Shown: piece by piece, positions 51,276 to 64,000 of the stretch
Layout of the letters: each line of letters starts with the position of its first letter
Numbering within the stretch: position 1 is the first letter of the stretch
DNA from: Octopus vulgaris
Lineage: Eukaryota
Reading direction: 5' to 3'
Length of the DNA: 64,000 bases
Assembly: GCA_951406725.2 (NCBI GenBank)
Contig: OX597829.1
Span: forward strand, 3,782,001 to 3,846,000
Position numbers and translations under genes: made by a program
Notes under the pieces: generated by a model
Told to the model about the DNA's origin: nothing
Databases searched by the model: none
What the model saw: the letters and a program-made list of their open reading frames with translations, nothing else

Positions 51276-52992
51276 CTACGGAATTATGAAATTAACATCA
51301 GAATCTTTCTGTTATATATATTTCCTATCTCTCCATCATAGCAGCTGTAGCTGAGCAGAGACGTGATTTAAGCCAAAATAGAAGGCTTAACGGAGAATCT
51401 TGCCTCTCACAATATATGAACAGTTCTCATGGCACCAGCTGACAAAATGGAAAAGACGTTGCCTCGGAGGATGGCGAAAGATATATGCTGGAACAAACAC
51501 TCTGACTCACTGGGCTCGTACTTGCTGACAGACATCTCCGCCCCAATTGCGGTGAGCAGGGATATGATCTGGGACAAGAACGCCGGGTGTCTCCACTTCC
51601 ATAGGCTCGATTTATCGGAGAGCGACCGATACCTCAGGAGTTTGTTTTTTTCCCGCCTAACGAGCAGCGGAGCCTGGGCTTGTAGCTGACAACATCAAGT
51701 TGCCGCTGGAGAAGGTGTCACAGCATATGGCATCCCGTATGAGATACTGTCCTTTCGGTCTAGACCATGCTTTATGATCTTGTTAAGGGTGGCATGGCGT
51801 GGAAGGCGGCCAACACTATTACGATGTGACAGTGGATGGAAGCCGAAAGATCCGCAGCGATGTTCACGAGGCTCGCCCACTTATTCCATGCTTGCAGCAT
51901 CGGTCAGACGGAATTTGTCGAGAGATTTTTTTACGACCGGGTATCCTTCCTGTCACCAACCATCACCTGTTTCCAAGCAAAAGTATTATTCCACCGTGAA
52001 AGAATACGTTTTCACGGAAGATTAGAAACGAACAGGGTCTATTTCTTCGACTAAAATGGCGGTGCTCCAGCGTGGCCACAGTCAAATGACAAACAAATAA
52101 AGGAATAAAAGAATATATATATATATATATATATATAATCATTTATCGTCCACGTTCCATGTTGGCATGAGTTGGACGGTGTGACATAATTCATTGGCCA
52201 CAAGGACTGCATCGTGCTCCATTGTCTATTTCTGCATGGTTCCTACAGCTTGATGCCCTTCTTAACACCACTTATGAGGTCACTATGCAGTTTTCCTAGC
52301 GTAAATGTAAATCCAAGGTGCAGGGGTCTCTTGTGTTAGAAGAGGAAGAGTAAAGGTATGAAAGAGGGGGACCAGATTAAAATATTTTCCTTGTTGTAGA
52401 GGAGCTATAAGACTGCTCACATTTTAAAAGAAAACAGTGAGTAATCATGTGGAGCTGAAAAGCGATAGAAAATATATGGTGATGAGGCATCACGATTGGA
52501 TCTTCAAAGTACAAGATGAATAAAAATGAACGAGACAAAGAGACCACGAGTTAGGGGTGGTGGTTAGGATATGACTGACAAAAAATTTAGTAGTATTATT
52601 TTGAAATATACATGAATGATTTAAAATTAGTACAGCGTAAGTAAACTTCTATTTTCATTCAGTTCACATTGTAAATACATATAGAAAATACATAGACACT
52701 ACAAATCTGCTTACTATCTTATCAAGTTGGTGCTGTTGAAAGATCTTATCGATCCATCCAACTTAGTTCAGATAATTTTGTCATTGTTTGGCATTCCCAC
52801 TTTGCTTTCCAGCAACATGGTTTCGGGTTCAGTTCCACTGCATTGCACCTTGAGCAGATGTCTTTTGCCATAATCCAACCACCGGGGCCTTATGAGTAGA
52901 TTTGTTGGGCGGGCACTCAAGGGAGGCCGTTGTAAATTTATATACGAGACATACTGATGTATGCGTGTACTCTGGGTTTGGTCCTGGTATCA

Positions 52993-53220
52993 CGAGCTGG
53001 CAGAAACGTTAGCACGCCGGGCGAAATACTTAACGGTATTTCGCTTGTCGTTACGTTGTGAGTTCAAATTCCGCCGAGGTTGACTTTGCCTTTCATCCTT
53101 TCGGGGTCGATAAATTAAGTACCAGTTACGCACTGGGGTCGATGTAATCGACTTAATACCTATGTCTGTCCTTGTTTGTCCCCTCTATGTTTAGCCCCTT
53201 GTGGGTAGTTAAGAAATAGG
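52993..53220 (+). mobile_element. SINE family B, young copy
   Basis: Matches 24107-24337. Confidence 0.85.
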
Positions 53221-53859
53221 TATCGCAGGATAGTTATAAACATGCATCACCATCATTGGTCATTGGGAAATATTATTTTGTAAGGAAACGGGTGGGGGCT
53301 GGTGATAGAAAGGGTACTCGGCCGCAGAAAATCTGTCAATCAATTCCACCCGATTCATACAAGCGTGGTAAATTGGCAGTTAAACAACTATAATGATGGT
53401 TATCATTCTAGCTTCTATTTTAGCTCAAATTTTAAATAATATCTGTCTTTCCGTCGCCTCCTACCCATTCATACAAGAAGGTCTTCCTTCGGTTTTACAC
53501 AAAAGATGGCTTCCACGAATCGATTCGTTTTGAGAAAATGTTGTAATGGTATTAAAACATAAGCAAACAAAATTTAAGCAATTGTTTATTCAAACGAGGA
53601 TAATAAATACGTATGTGTGTGTGTGTGTGTGTGTGTGTTGTGTGTGTGTGTTTGTGATATGTCCGTGTGTGCCTGTACGTATGTATGTTATATTCTACCA
53701 AATTCATTCGTAAGTCATTGGTGAGTAGGAGACCATAGTAGAAGAAAGTTGCCCAAGCCTTCACTCGGTGAGACTGATCCTAAATCGCACGTGAGCTTCT
53801 TAACCACACAGCCATCATTTATACACACACACACACGTGTGTATGTATGTGTGTGTGTG

Positions 53860-53892
<33 letters not shown>

Positions 53893-54304
53893 ATGTATTT
53901 ATATATGGTTGGGAGGCGAGTTAGATGATATCAGCAATATAATATATATTTGGCGAGAGGGAAGTATCTTTGAAAGATGTTAACGGTGTGAAGAGCAGCG
54001 ATTGGGCTGTTTTAAGCGTACCTGCTAGTTTGTTAAACTGACAGACAGGTAATTTTATCCGTCTCGTCTCGCCAACTCTTCTGGGTGGTCGCATGGCGGG
54101 GCTGTAGGCATCGTCGTCGTCGTAGTCGTCATCATTCGTTTCGTCGTTGTCGTCATTATCGACACCACGATCACCATTATCATCATCATCACCACCATCA
54201 CTACTATCGTCGTTTTCATCGTCGTTGTCGTCGCTACAACTATTGTATATGACGTGCAAAATTATTTTGGTTTCCTGCCTCAGTTCTTTGAAACAACAAC
54301 AACA

Positions 54305-54340
<36 letters not shown>

Positions 54341-54541
54341 TTTCAAATTTTGGCACAAGGCCAGCAATTTCGGGAGAGGAACTAAGCCGATTACATCGAC
54401 CCCAGTATTCAACTGGTACTTATTTGATCGGCTCCGAAGTGATAAAATTCGAAGTCAGCTCCTGTGGCATTCGAACTCAGAGCGTAAAGAAGGGCGAAAT
54501 GCCGCTTAATATTTTGTCCTGCGCGCTGAGGGCCTTCAGCC

Positions 54542-54579
<38 letters not shown>

Positions 54580-55091
54580 CAGTAAATGAGTTGCCCCATT
54601 GAAGTGGCAGTTGCATGTTACTACTAGTTTAACCCCAGGCAGATTCTCCGACCTTGCTTTCCATCCTTTCGGGGTCGATAAATTAAGTACCGATTGCGTT
54701 CTGGGATCTATTTAATCGACTGGTCCCCTCCCCCCAAATTTCGAGCCCTGTGTCTAGAGTAGAAAAGAATATATCGCTAGTAGGGAGAGCGAACCCCTAC
54801 TAACCTCCATCAGCTAAAGGATGAAAGCCAACTCATTTACTGTTTAATATACGTTACTACTCTATCTCTTGAGGTTTTATAACTAACTACTTTGCTGAAG
54901 GAGATTTGTGGGGGAGGGGACTAGTCGATTTAATCGAACCCCAGTGTTTCACTGGTATTTAATTTATCGACCCCGAAAGGATGAAAGTTAAAGTCGACCT
55001 CGGCGGAATTTGAGATCAGAACCTAGCGGCAAACGAAGTACCTCTAAGCATTCCACCCGGCGTGCTAACGATTCTGCCAGCTCGCCACCTC

Positions 55092-55133
<42 letters not shown>

Positions 55134-55403
55134 CCTTTCTACTATAGGCACAAAGTGTGAAATTTTGGGGAAGAGGGCTTGTCGATTACATCCACCCCAG
55201 TGCGTTACTGGTACTTAATTTATCTACCCTGAAAAGATGAAAGGCAAAGTCGACCTCTACAGCATTCAAACTCAGAGCGTAAAGACGGACGAAACATTTT
55301 GTCCTGCGTGCTGAGTGACTGCCTCCCGAATGAAAATAATGGGTTTCAAATTTTTCCTCAAGGGCAGCAATTTGGGAGAAGGGGATTAGTCGAGGAGATA
55401 TTT

Positions 55404-55968
55404 GCGAGTAAAACACCAATAGAAGAGAATATGACCAAAGACTGCGTGTTCTCCATCCCATGCAGCTGTGGTAGGTTATACAAAAGTGAAATATGCCACC
55501 CCCTCAAAATAAGGGCAGAGGAACATTGCAAAGCTGTGACACGAGGAGATATTGATAAAATCGGGTATAGCTGATCATGTATGAGAAAATGGAGACCACC
55601 TCCCCCTGTGGAGTGAAGTCAAAATAATAGACAGAGAACACCACTGGAAAATACGAAAACCAAAAGAAGCAGCACATATGCTAGGACACAACAACCTCCT
55701 AAGCAGACCGAGTGCAGATATGACTAGGATAAGGGAACTGGTATTAAGGAAGGATAGAAAAATATTAGATTTATAAGCCCTAAAATTCACTTCATAATTG
55801 CCCACGGGCATTTGACGTAGTGATTAAGGGCGCGGGCTACCCAGGTTCGAAATTTCCCCAAGACACCTGATGAAGGCTGGAGTGTATATCAACCGAAACG
55901 TTGTGTTAACAACAAACAAGATGAGGACAAATAATGTACATAATTTCTCATCTCTTCAATATAGAACT
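55404..55968 (+). mobile_element. Penelope-like element 3' fragment (GIY-YIG and pLTR), same family as 21640-22915
   Basis: Homologous to about 22270-22910 (CVFSIPCSCGRLY). Confidence 0.85.
55863..55906 (+). ncRNA. Type I hammerhead motif in PLE pLTR
   Basis: ACAC-CUGAUGA-A-GGCUG...CAACC-GAAA-CG-UU-GUGU; stem I is ACAC/GUGU. Confidence 0.7.
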
Positions 55969-56869
55969 TAATAATAATAATAATAATAACAATAATAACA
56001 ATAATAATAATAATAATAGTGATAATAGTAATCCTTTCTAGGCAAATTGGGGGAGGTGGATAGTCGATTATACGACCTAAGTACTCAACCAGTACTTGTT
56101 ACATCGATTCCGAAAGGATCAAAGGAAAAGTCGACCCCGGGCGGAATTTGAAATACTATTAATAATAATCCTTTCTTGGGGGAGGGGGCTAGTCGATTGC
56201 ATAACTGGTACTTAATTTATCTACCCCGAAAGGATCAAAGCAAAGTCGAACTCGGAGCGTAAAGTCGGACGAAATGCCGTTTAGCATTTTGTCCTGCGTG
56301 CTGACGGCCTGTAGCCTTAATAATAATAATAATAATAATAATAATGATAATAATAATAATATTAATTGTTTTGTTATAAGGATTTACAAAATGAGCGAGG
56401 AGGAGACAGTACAATACTATGTGGGGTTAGATGAACGCATGTAGACAATAAAAATTCACGAAAGGAATAGTTCAGCAAATTGTGTTGGGATTTTTGAGAG
56501 TTAGTGGTAGAAACCCCACAAACCTACGGTCATCCTAACCGCTAAGGACAATGCTTTTCCTATGTTGTTCTTCTTCAAACGGACCCTTGCCCAGAGTTCG
56601 CCATATTTGTCACTCTCATCTACCTTTAAATAAATTTGCGCGAGTGGAATCTTTAGGGTTGCAAAAAACCTCTCACTATTCTATTCGAATAATGTCTAGA
56701 TGTTCTGGTACCATGGCTTATTTTGATTGACAAAACTGAGACGTAAACAACAGCCGCTTCGATTAGCCGTCTCGAATCTTACTCGAGACTGACACACTTC
56801 AATAACCACTAAATAATCACATACTCTATATACTGACACACATTTTTTCCATTTTATTTTCGCTATTAA

Positions 56870-57417
56870 CCGTCTTCGCTACGCCCTTCGGATCTACGAC
56901 GGGGCCACGAGCAATACGATAAAAATCCAGAGTTACTCGTGGTCGATGAATTTTTAATAAAAATGCGAAGGTGGTTTATGAATTCAAAAATCGATATCCA
57001 CGAAATAATCATACTTTCTGATTTTTTTTTAATGCTAAAAACCTTCCTAACGACCGTCTTTGTAATCCCGAAAAGTGTCGTGACCATTGGTCCTGTCGTC
57101 TGACCGTGAAGAGGGAACAGACAAAGAGACGGACAGGCAGGCGGACATAACGTCCGTTATAGTAAGATAGCAAATCTGTCCATGTACGATGGGAAATAAA
57201 GGGTTTATATCGCAAATCTAAACCCTCTAAATTCACGAATTATACGTTATAGAGTTAATCCACGTTGCCGGCATTTAAAAAAAAAATCTACAAAATGATC
57301 ATACTTTTTCACATTTTTTTTTTTGCTAAAAATCTTCCTGATTACCTCCTTCGTAATCCATTGGACCAGCCGTTTGACGGTGAAGAGGGGACGGACAGAC
57401 GCCCATTATAGTAAGAT
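56870..57417 (-). mobile_element. Helitron-like 5' segments, tandemly reiterated
   Basis: Minus-strand starts ATCTTACTATAA..GTCTGTCCGTC at 57417 and about 57168; the ~250-bp units share GATCATACTTT...TGCTAAAAA...GTAATCC...GTGAAGAGGG. Confidence 0.5.
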
Positions 57418-59072
57418 TATTATTATTGTTGTTATTATTTTTCTTCGACGCCAAATGTATAAATGGCAAAGTTGATATCTACAGGATTTGAACTCGGAAT
57501 GTAAAGAGCCGGAAGAAATGTCTGTAGGTATTTTGTCCAACTCTCTGACGATTCTTTCTACTCGCCACCTTGGACTAAGTAATAATTCTCTCTGCTATAG
57601 ACAGAAGGTCTGAAACTTTAAGAAAACGGGATGGAAAAGTCGATTACGTCCACCCCAGTGTTCAGCTGGTACTGATTTCATCGAATCCGAAAGGATGAAA
57701 GGCAAAGTCAATCTCGGCAGAATTCGAATTCAGCATAAAGACGGACGAAATGCCGCTAAGCATTTTGTCCGGAATGTTAATGATTCTGACAGTTCGCCGT
57801 CTTTTATTACAGCAACAATAATAATGCTTTCAAATTTTGGCACAAGGCCAGCAATTTTGGGAGAGGGGATAAGTCGATTATATCGATCCCAGTGCTCGAC
57901 TGGTACTTTTTTTTATCGATTCCGAAAGGCAAAGTCGACATCGGTAGCATTTGAACACGAAACGTAAAAAGGAGAAAATGCTGCTAAGCAATTTGTTAAC
58001 AACACTGTCAGCTCGTCAATAATAAGAACAGTTTTATCAAGCATTTATGTTCTGATGTGTGGCAGCTTAGTAGTTAAATGTGATGTTCACGCTCTTAAGG
58101 TAGTGTGTGTGATTCCTAAACCACTCAGTTTTGTCCGTGAGCAACGCACTTCATTTTACGTTGCACAAATCAGATTAGAATGCCAGTCACTACTAGTGCA
58201 CTTGCCCGCGCTCTCCGCTTCCCTCTCCATCGATATTCTGGTTCAGAGTGGGGGTGGTCTGGGAAGATGACTCGTGACTGCTCAAGCACCTGAAACTACT
58301 TCGAGCTGGCAGGGCCGTTAGTATGCTGCACAAGATGCTCAACGTTATTCCGTCTATCTCTACGTTCTGAGTTCAAATTCCGCCGAAACTTACTATACCT
58401 TTCATCTTTTCGAGATCGATAAAATAAGTACCAGTTGAGCTCTGGGGTGGATGTAATCGACTTACCCGCTCCTCCCTCGAAATTGCTGGCTTTGTATCCA
58501 TGCTAGAATGAAAAGGCGGCGCGCTAGCGGAATCGTTACCTTGGCGATATTGTCGTCTCTCTTTACGTTCTGAGTTCAAGTTATGCCGAGTTCAACTTTG
58601 CCGTTCATCCTTTCGGGGTCGGTGAAATAAGCACCAGTCGAGCCAGTTGATGTAATCGTCTAGGACCCTACTCCAAAATACCAGGTCTTATGCCTATAGT
58701 AGAAAGGATTATTATAACTGAACGCAACACGATCTGCACTCGGAACACTGCTGTAGCGAATTTCGATAAATTGATGGATGTTCTCTTTATCTTCCTCAAA
58801 AGCTTAAAAAAGCCTGTGCAAAATTGATTCGCAGACTTTAGGCTCGCCACAATATTCTCTCATTTTTAACGGCTTTCGCTTCGCTACTAATAAAGCATTG
58901 ATCAAAAGAACACCACTATCTCTCTCTCTCTCTCTCTCTCTCTCGGAGACCGACTGTCTAGCAACATAAATTAGATATATGTCATAAGTTATCTCTGTGA
59001 TGTAGTGGTGTGTGCGTATGTGTATATACATATGTATATTTGTGTGTGCTTTTATAGATATATAAGTACATA

Positions 59073-59119
<47 letters not shown>

Positions 59120-59364
59120 TTGTGTGTGTGTGTGTGTGTATAAATATACTTGTATGTGTATATCTTTATATATATTTAAAATGAAAGTTTACGAAAATAA
59201 ACAAAAGACGAAGGCAGGTGGTGTACAAACAAACAGATGTATTAGTATAGCGCTCGGGAATAGAAAAAGTCTTTTACGTTTCGAGCCTACACTCTTCTAC
59301 AGAAAGATACACAGAAAAAAACAAGGAGAGAAAAAAATGTGTGCAGTGGCTAACGATCTATCAT

Positions 59365-59420
<56 letters not shown>

Positions 59421-59440
59421 AATGTAATATATATATATAT

Positions 59441-59640
59441 TGTAAATGTAATATATGACAATTATTCGGTAGCCATGATAAAACTCCGAGTTTCGGATGC
59501 CGAGGTGGAAATCCACACTGCCATCTCTTCAGTTAACCGGCCGGATAACTGAAAAGATGGTGGCGTGGATTTCCACCCCGACACCCGAAACTCGGAGTTT
59601 TATCATGGCTACCGAACAATTGGCATATATTACATTTACA
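59441..59640. repeat. 200-bp spacer-less palindrome made of two inverted hammerhead-like pLTR units
   Basis: 100-bp arms centred on CCGG|CCGG (59540/59541), 10 mismatches by manual comparison; each arm reads CUGAA(G/A)A...GAAACUCGGAGUU outward. Confidence 0.9.
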
Positions 59641-59913
59641 GATAAATTCCTCTATTTACATAATATGGAGGTCTCTATCATTCTTTTGTTGTCTTGTGAT
59701 CTCTTGAGCACCACCAGCAAAAATATTTTTTTCCTCTGTCTTCCCTTCTCGGGATCTTTCCTTCTCCTTGTTTCCGACGAAGAGCTCCGCTCGAAACGTT
59801 AAACCCTCCTTCCCTTCTTTCCTGAGCGTCAAATAATACTTTATTTGTTCCACGTCCTCGCGTTGCTGTTTTTTTCTGTGTTTTCTTGTTTGGATTAACT
59901 ATATATATATATA

Positions 59914-59961
<48 letters not shown>

Positions 59962-60496
59962 GATCCATATTCAATTAAGGAAAATTATTTATTAATTGAT
60001 AATTCTTTCCTATAATTGTTTCAATTTGTATTCATTCAATAAATTACAAATTTATGCAATAAATCTGCATTTATAAGTTATGAGCAAAATATCATCAGGA
60101 AAATATTAGGCATTTAAAAATTACGTGGTCACCAATCTGTTCTTTCCAGCAGACTATTTTGAAATGTTTTTATTTTTTTAGTGTATGTGTGTGAGAACTA
60201 ACGGATACATCTGAATATAATTTCAAAAAATTAAAATAAAATAATAATAAATTATTATTAATTTATTAATAAATAATTATTAACCGTTAACTCCATTATT
60301 TTCTACTCTTAATTCAATATGGATTATATGCCTGAATATGTATCTGTTGCTTTAGGGAAATTTATTTCCCGAAGATATGCGGTATTGAACCGGTGTCTTC
60401 TTGGATGTAATCATCCCTTTAAGAGGTTAATATATTTTCTAATTAACTTACGTGTGTGTGTATGTATGTGAGTATGAAAAAAAGAAAAAAAGACTG

Positions 60497-60639
60497 ACTT
60501 CACTGGTAGTTCTAATCAGTTTAATTTATTATTTTTTAGCATTTTTTTAATAATATAAATTTTAGTTCGAACTAAAATTTATATTATTAAAAAATGTAAT
60601 TAAAAAATGAATGAAACTGATTAGAACGAATAGTGAAGT
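60497..60639. repeat. AT-rich foldback palindrome
   Basis: ACTTCACT...GTTCTAATCAGTTT...TAATAATATAAATTTTAGTTCGAACTAAAATTTATATTATTA...AAACTGATTAGAAC...AGTGAAGT. Confidence 0.8.
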
Positions 60640-61404
60640 AATTTTTTTTTTTTTTTCAAATATTCCCAACTGTGCGAAGAATCTCACACATTTTCATAAA
60701 CGAAAAGGCAAAACATGCAATGAAAATTCCATAATGGAATGAAGGCATGTCTCAGCAAGAGGTGTCCATCATTGTCACATCTGTGCAAAAGAGTTTAGGT
60801 CCCTAACAGAACTGAAAAGCCTCCTCTGTGCAGCTCCTGTTTAAGAGAAAAATCAAGCGATGGCATTGCTCGAAATCAAGCTGCAGCACATCATCTCCCT
60901 CTCATCTAGCTATCTGTTTTGTTTGCCTTAGAAAATAAGTTCTAGGAGCGATTTTTCGACTAAAATTCTTCAAGGCGGTGCCCCAGCATGGGCGCAATCT
61001 AGTGACTGAAACAAGTAAAAGATAAAAAGTTAGAGATATACTTATAACCGCGCGCACCCATGTGGTGTATGATACTTAACCGAAGATGAAAAAAAAAAAG
61101 ATAAAAAGTATATCAAGCATTTATAATTATGATGGTGTTCGTGCTAATTTGTCGGCGTTGACAGATGTGAAGATCTAAATTAATCTAGTAGACACTAGTT
61201 TGGCAATGTTGCACTGTATTATTTATTAGGCTTTAGGCTCCAGTGAAAGACGAGCAGTATTTAATGAAATATATCGTTAATCTTGACACAAAAGCTTTTT
61301 ATTAACATTCATTATTAGACTCTTGTAATTTCCCCCCCCCCTCATCCCTCTTAAACAAACATAGCTACAATTTCATATTAGCAATCTCTGTCTGTCTGTC
61401 TGTC

Positions 61405-61716
61405 TATTTCTTTCCACCCCTGTCCTTATTTTGTCTGTCGGTCTATCTGTCGTCTGCCTCTCTCTCTCTCTTTCTCTTTCTCCCCACCCATCTGTCGGTC
61501 TATCTGTTGTCTCTCATACTCACTCTTTTTCTTTCCCTTTCTCTCTTCATCCCCGTACTTACTTTGTTTGTCGGTTTTTACTCTTATCTACCCCACTCTC
61601 TCACTCTTTCTCTCTCTTTCCACCCTGCCCTTATTTTATCTCTTGGTCTATCTGTCGTCTGCCTGTCTCTCTTTTTCTCCACCCCCGACCTTATTTTTTC
61701 TGTTGGTGTATCTGTC

Positions 61717-61725
<9 letters not shown>
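61405..61725. repeat. Degenerate ~65-bp minisatellite, about 5 units
   Basis: Recurring CCACCCC..CCTTATTTT..TCTGTCGGTCTATCTGTCGTCT. Confidence 0.65.
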
Positions 61726-61759
<34 letters not shown>

Positions 61760-64000
61760 ATACACACATGCACACGCACTCAGTATTTTTGTGCCTCGAG
61801 AGGGTTTTAATAAAATCGCCACATGAAACTCCGGAACTCATCTTTTAATAAAGAGACCCCCATCAATTGAAAAGCCAGTGTTTGTCTGCCATTGACTTGG
61901 AAACCTACTCCCTTTTCTTAATGTAGATCGTTTTCAGAATCTTGTTTGGTCTTTTCCTTTTAATAATTTCCCAAACTTTTTAGACTATCTTGATGTACCA
62001 GTTGCTTTTTATACTACAGCCGTATATTCCAGAAAATTAAGGAGAATGACGCCCTCGTCATGTAAAAACAAAGCAAAAAACAAGAAAAGAAAAAAAAAAG
62101 CTTGCTTTTCAGCCACATGGTTCCGGGTTCAGTGCCATTGCGTGACATCTTGAAGAAGTGTCTTCTATTATAGCCTCAGATCAATCAACGTCTTGTGAGT
62201 GGATTTGGTAGACGGAAACTGAAAGAAGCCGATCGTGTGTGTCTTCGTGTCTGTGTTTGTCCCCTACCACCGCTTTACAACTGGTGCTGGTGTATTTATG
62301 TCTCCGTAACGGAGCTCACCTTCTGTAGATGTTGGATAGTCAATACCCTTTCTTCATTGCCAACTCTATAATGGTGTGCTGTTTCTGTACGGGTTACTGT
62401 GGCAGAAGAGTTACTCTACAAACATGTGTGAATTGAATGACATACGTCTGTTGTAAAAGAGTTGTGCCAACTTTGTATTACTTTTGATAAAACAATCGGA
62501 TAACACTACATCAATGTTGGCCGAAACTATTGACATTTCTCGTTCACATGTATAATTAGAAAAAAAAGTGATGATTCGATTTTACACTTTGAGTCGTGAT
62601 GGAATTATCCAGCGTTAGTTGTCCCAAATATAGGGGTGATTTAGAGAAATTATAATACGCAATCATTACCGCGCGATAGTATTAACAACAACAGTAATGG
62701 TTTCAAATTTTGGCACAAGGCCAGCAAGTTCGGGAAAGGGGGCTTGTCGATTATGTCGACTCCAGTGTTCCACCTGGTACTTATTTTATCGGCCCCATAA
62801 GGGTAAAAGACAAAGTCGATTTCGGTGGAATTTGAACTCAGAACAAGGAAAGGGACGAAATGTCGCTAAACATCTTGCCCGGCGTCCTAACGATTCTGCC
62901 AGCTCGCTGCCTTAATAATAATAATAATGATGATGATGATGATGATAATTCTTCCACATTTAGACACAAGGCTAGCAATTTTGGGGTGAGAGGATTAGTC
63001 AGTATCATCGATCCCAGTACTTAACCGGTGCTTTATTTTATCGACCCTTGGTAGGGATAAATAGCGAAGTTGACCTCAACTGAGAATGTAGAGCAGCCGG
63101 AAGGCATTTTGTCCGACGCTCTTATGGTTCTGCCAATCCACTACCATCGTAATTATAAGTCTAATACGATGCAGACGCGCGCGCACACACACACACTCAC
63201 ATACACACACACACAGGCACACGCACACGTACAGACGCACGCACCGACTCATACAACACACTCTGTGCACGGAATAGACACATGATCTGTAGCAATGAAA
63301 GGAAACAGACACAAAGTTGTAAGAGTGTGCAATTATGTCGGCAAGACGGGGTGAATGAGGCGGAGTGGGGTGGGCGGGCTGACACGGGATTTCAGAGTGG
63401 GGTACTGAAGGCGGCTGAGCGACTCCCGAGAATGCAAAAGAATAACTAAATGCCCTGTTGTCACAGTTGTGAAAGAACAAAAGCAAATTCAACAGCGACG
63501 ACTGTCTCTTCGTTTGGTGTTCGGGAAGACTATGCGGATTGGTGTAGTCATTGTAGGAACTAACCCCGTTTCACCCTGTTTCACCTTACCCGGTTAACTT
63601 GAAGTCTTCGTTCAGATCTCCGACATAGCAATTTCCTATTGCCTCTGCCGTATCTTTACCTCCCGGTAACTTTGTCTCCTGCTGAGTGACATTACACTGG
63701 GATAAAATGAAATCTATCTCAGATTGCCCCTGGGTGGTAGCCGGAAGGTAATTTCATCTTTGCCAATATGATTTCATATTACACAATATTTATTCATCGC
63801 GTTTTATCGCAGTAGTAGCGGCAGTAGAAGTAGTTGTATTAGCAGCAGCAGCAGCAGCAGCATAAAAGTAGATGAAGGCTAACTCAGGGTTGTAAAATAA
63901 AATTGATTTCAGATTGCCAAGATGGTGGGGAGTAACTTGAAATGTAGGTTCACTGGAAGTCAAGAAAAACGAACGTTGCGACGTATAACAGAATTATAGT

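Larger units (their letters stand above)
54340..58710. mobile_element. Dense cluster of SINE family B copies, mostly minus strand, separated by (AAT)n tracts
   Basis: Core GAAAGGATGAAAGGCAAAGTCGAC or its complement recurs near 54440, 54660, 54975, 55235, 56115, 56230, 57690, 57925, 58400 and 58605. Confidence 0.8.

Noticed and set aside
54340-56360. SINE family B mobilised by the R4/Dong LINE
   Set aside because: In sense orientation the SINE tail is (ATT)n and the R4 tail is (AAT)n, and no shared 3' sequence was seen.
60368-60398. Additional hammerhead (CCGAAGA...GAACCGGTG)
   Set aside because: The GAAA box is incomplete and there is no convincing stem I.
61405-61725. CRISPR-like repeat-spacer array
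   Set aside because: Units are degenerate, the spacers are CT microsatellite, the context is eukaryotic and there are no cas genes.

Overview
AT-rich, repeat-saturated animal genomic DNA. The SINE families, microsatellite density and mix of RTE, R4 and Penelope elements suggest an octopus or other coleoid cephalopod (inference). Most long ORFs in the track are microsatellite read-throughs or decayed transposon ORFs. Mobile DNA includes: RTE-clade LINEs (one family has a PHD finger inside the RT; another copy has a twin-priming-type 5' inversion), R4/Dong LINE remnants, Penelope-like elements (PLEs) with hammerhead-ribozyme motifs, a complete but frameshifted mariner, Tc1/hAT/GGATC-TIR MITEs, several non-autonomous Helitrons and dozens of tRNA-derived SINEs. 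The only credible host CDS is an intronless 222-aa ORF (26780-27448, minus) that ends in an EB1-like EBH domain, lacks the CH domain and has a CRE palindrome upstream. Main highlights: a symmetric cluster of hammerhead motifs around a 200-bp palindrome (59.27-60.10 kb), a PLE terminal repeat joining a tRNA-like Pol III head to a hammerhead, a strong candidate recursive splice site (41647/41648), and a 312-bp near-perfect inverted duplication. All calls were made by eye; boundaries of decayed elements are approximate.
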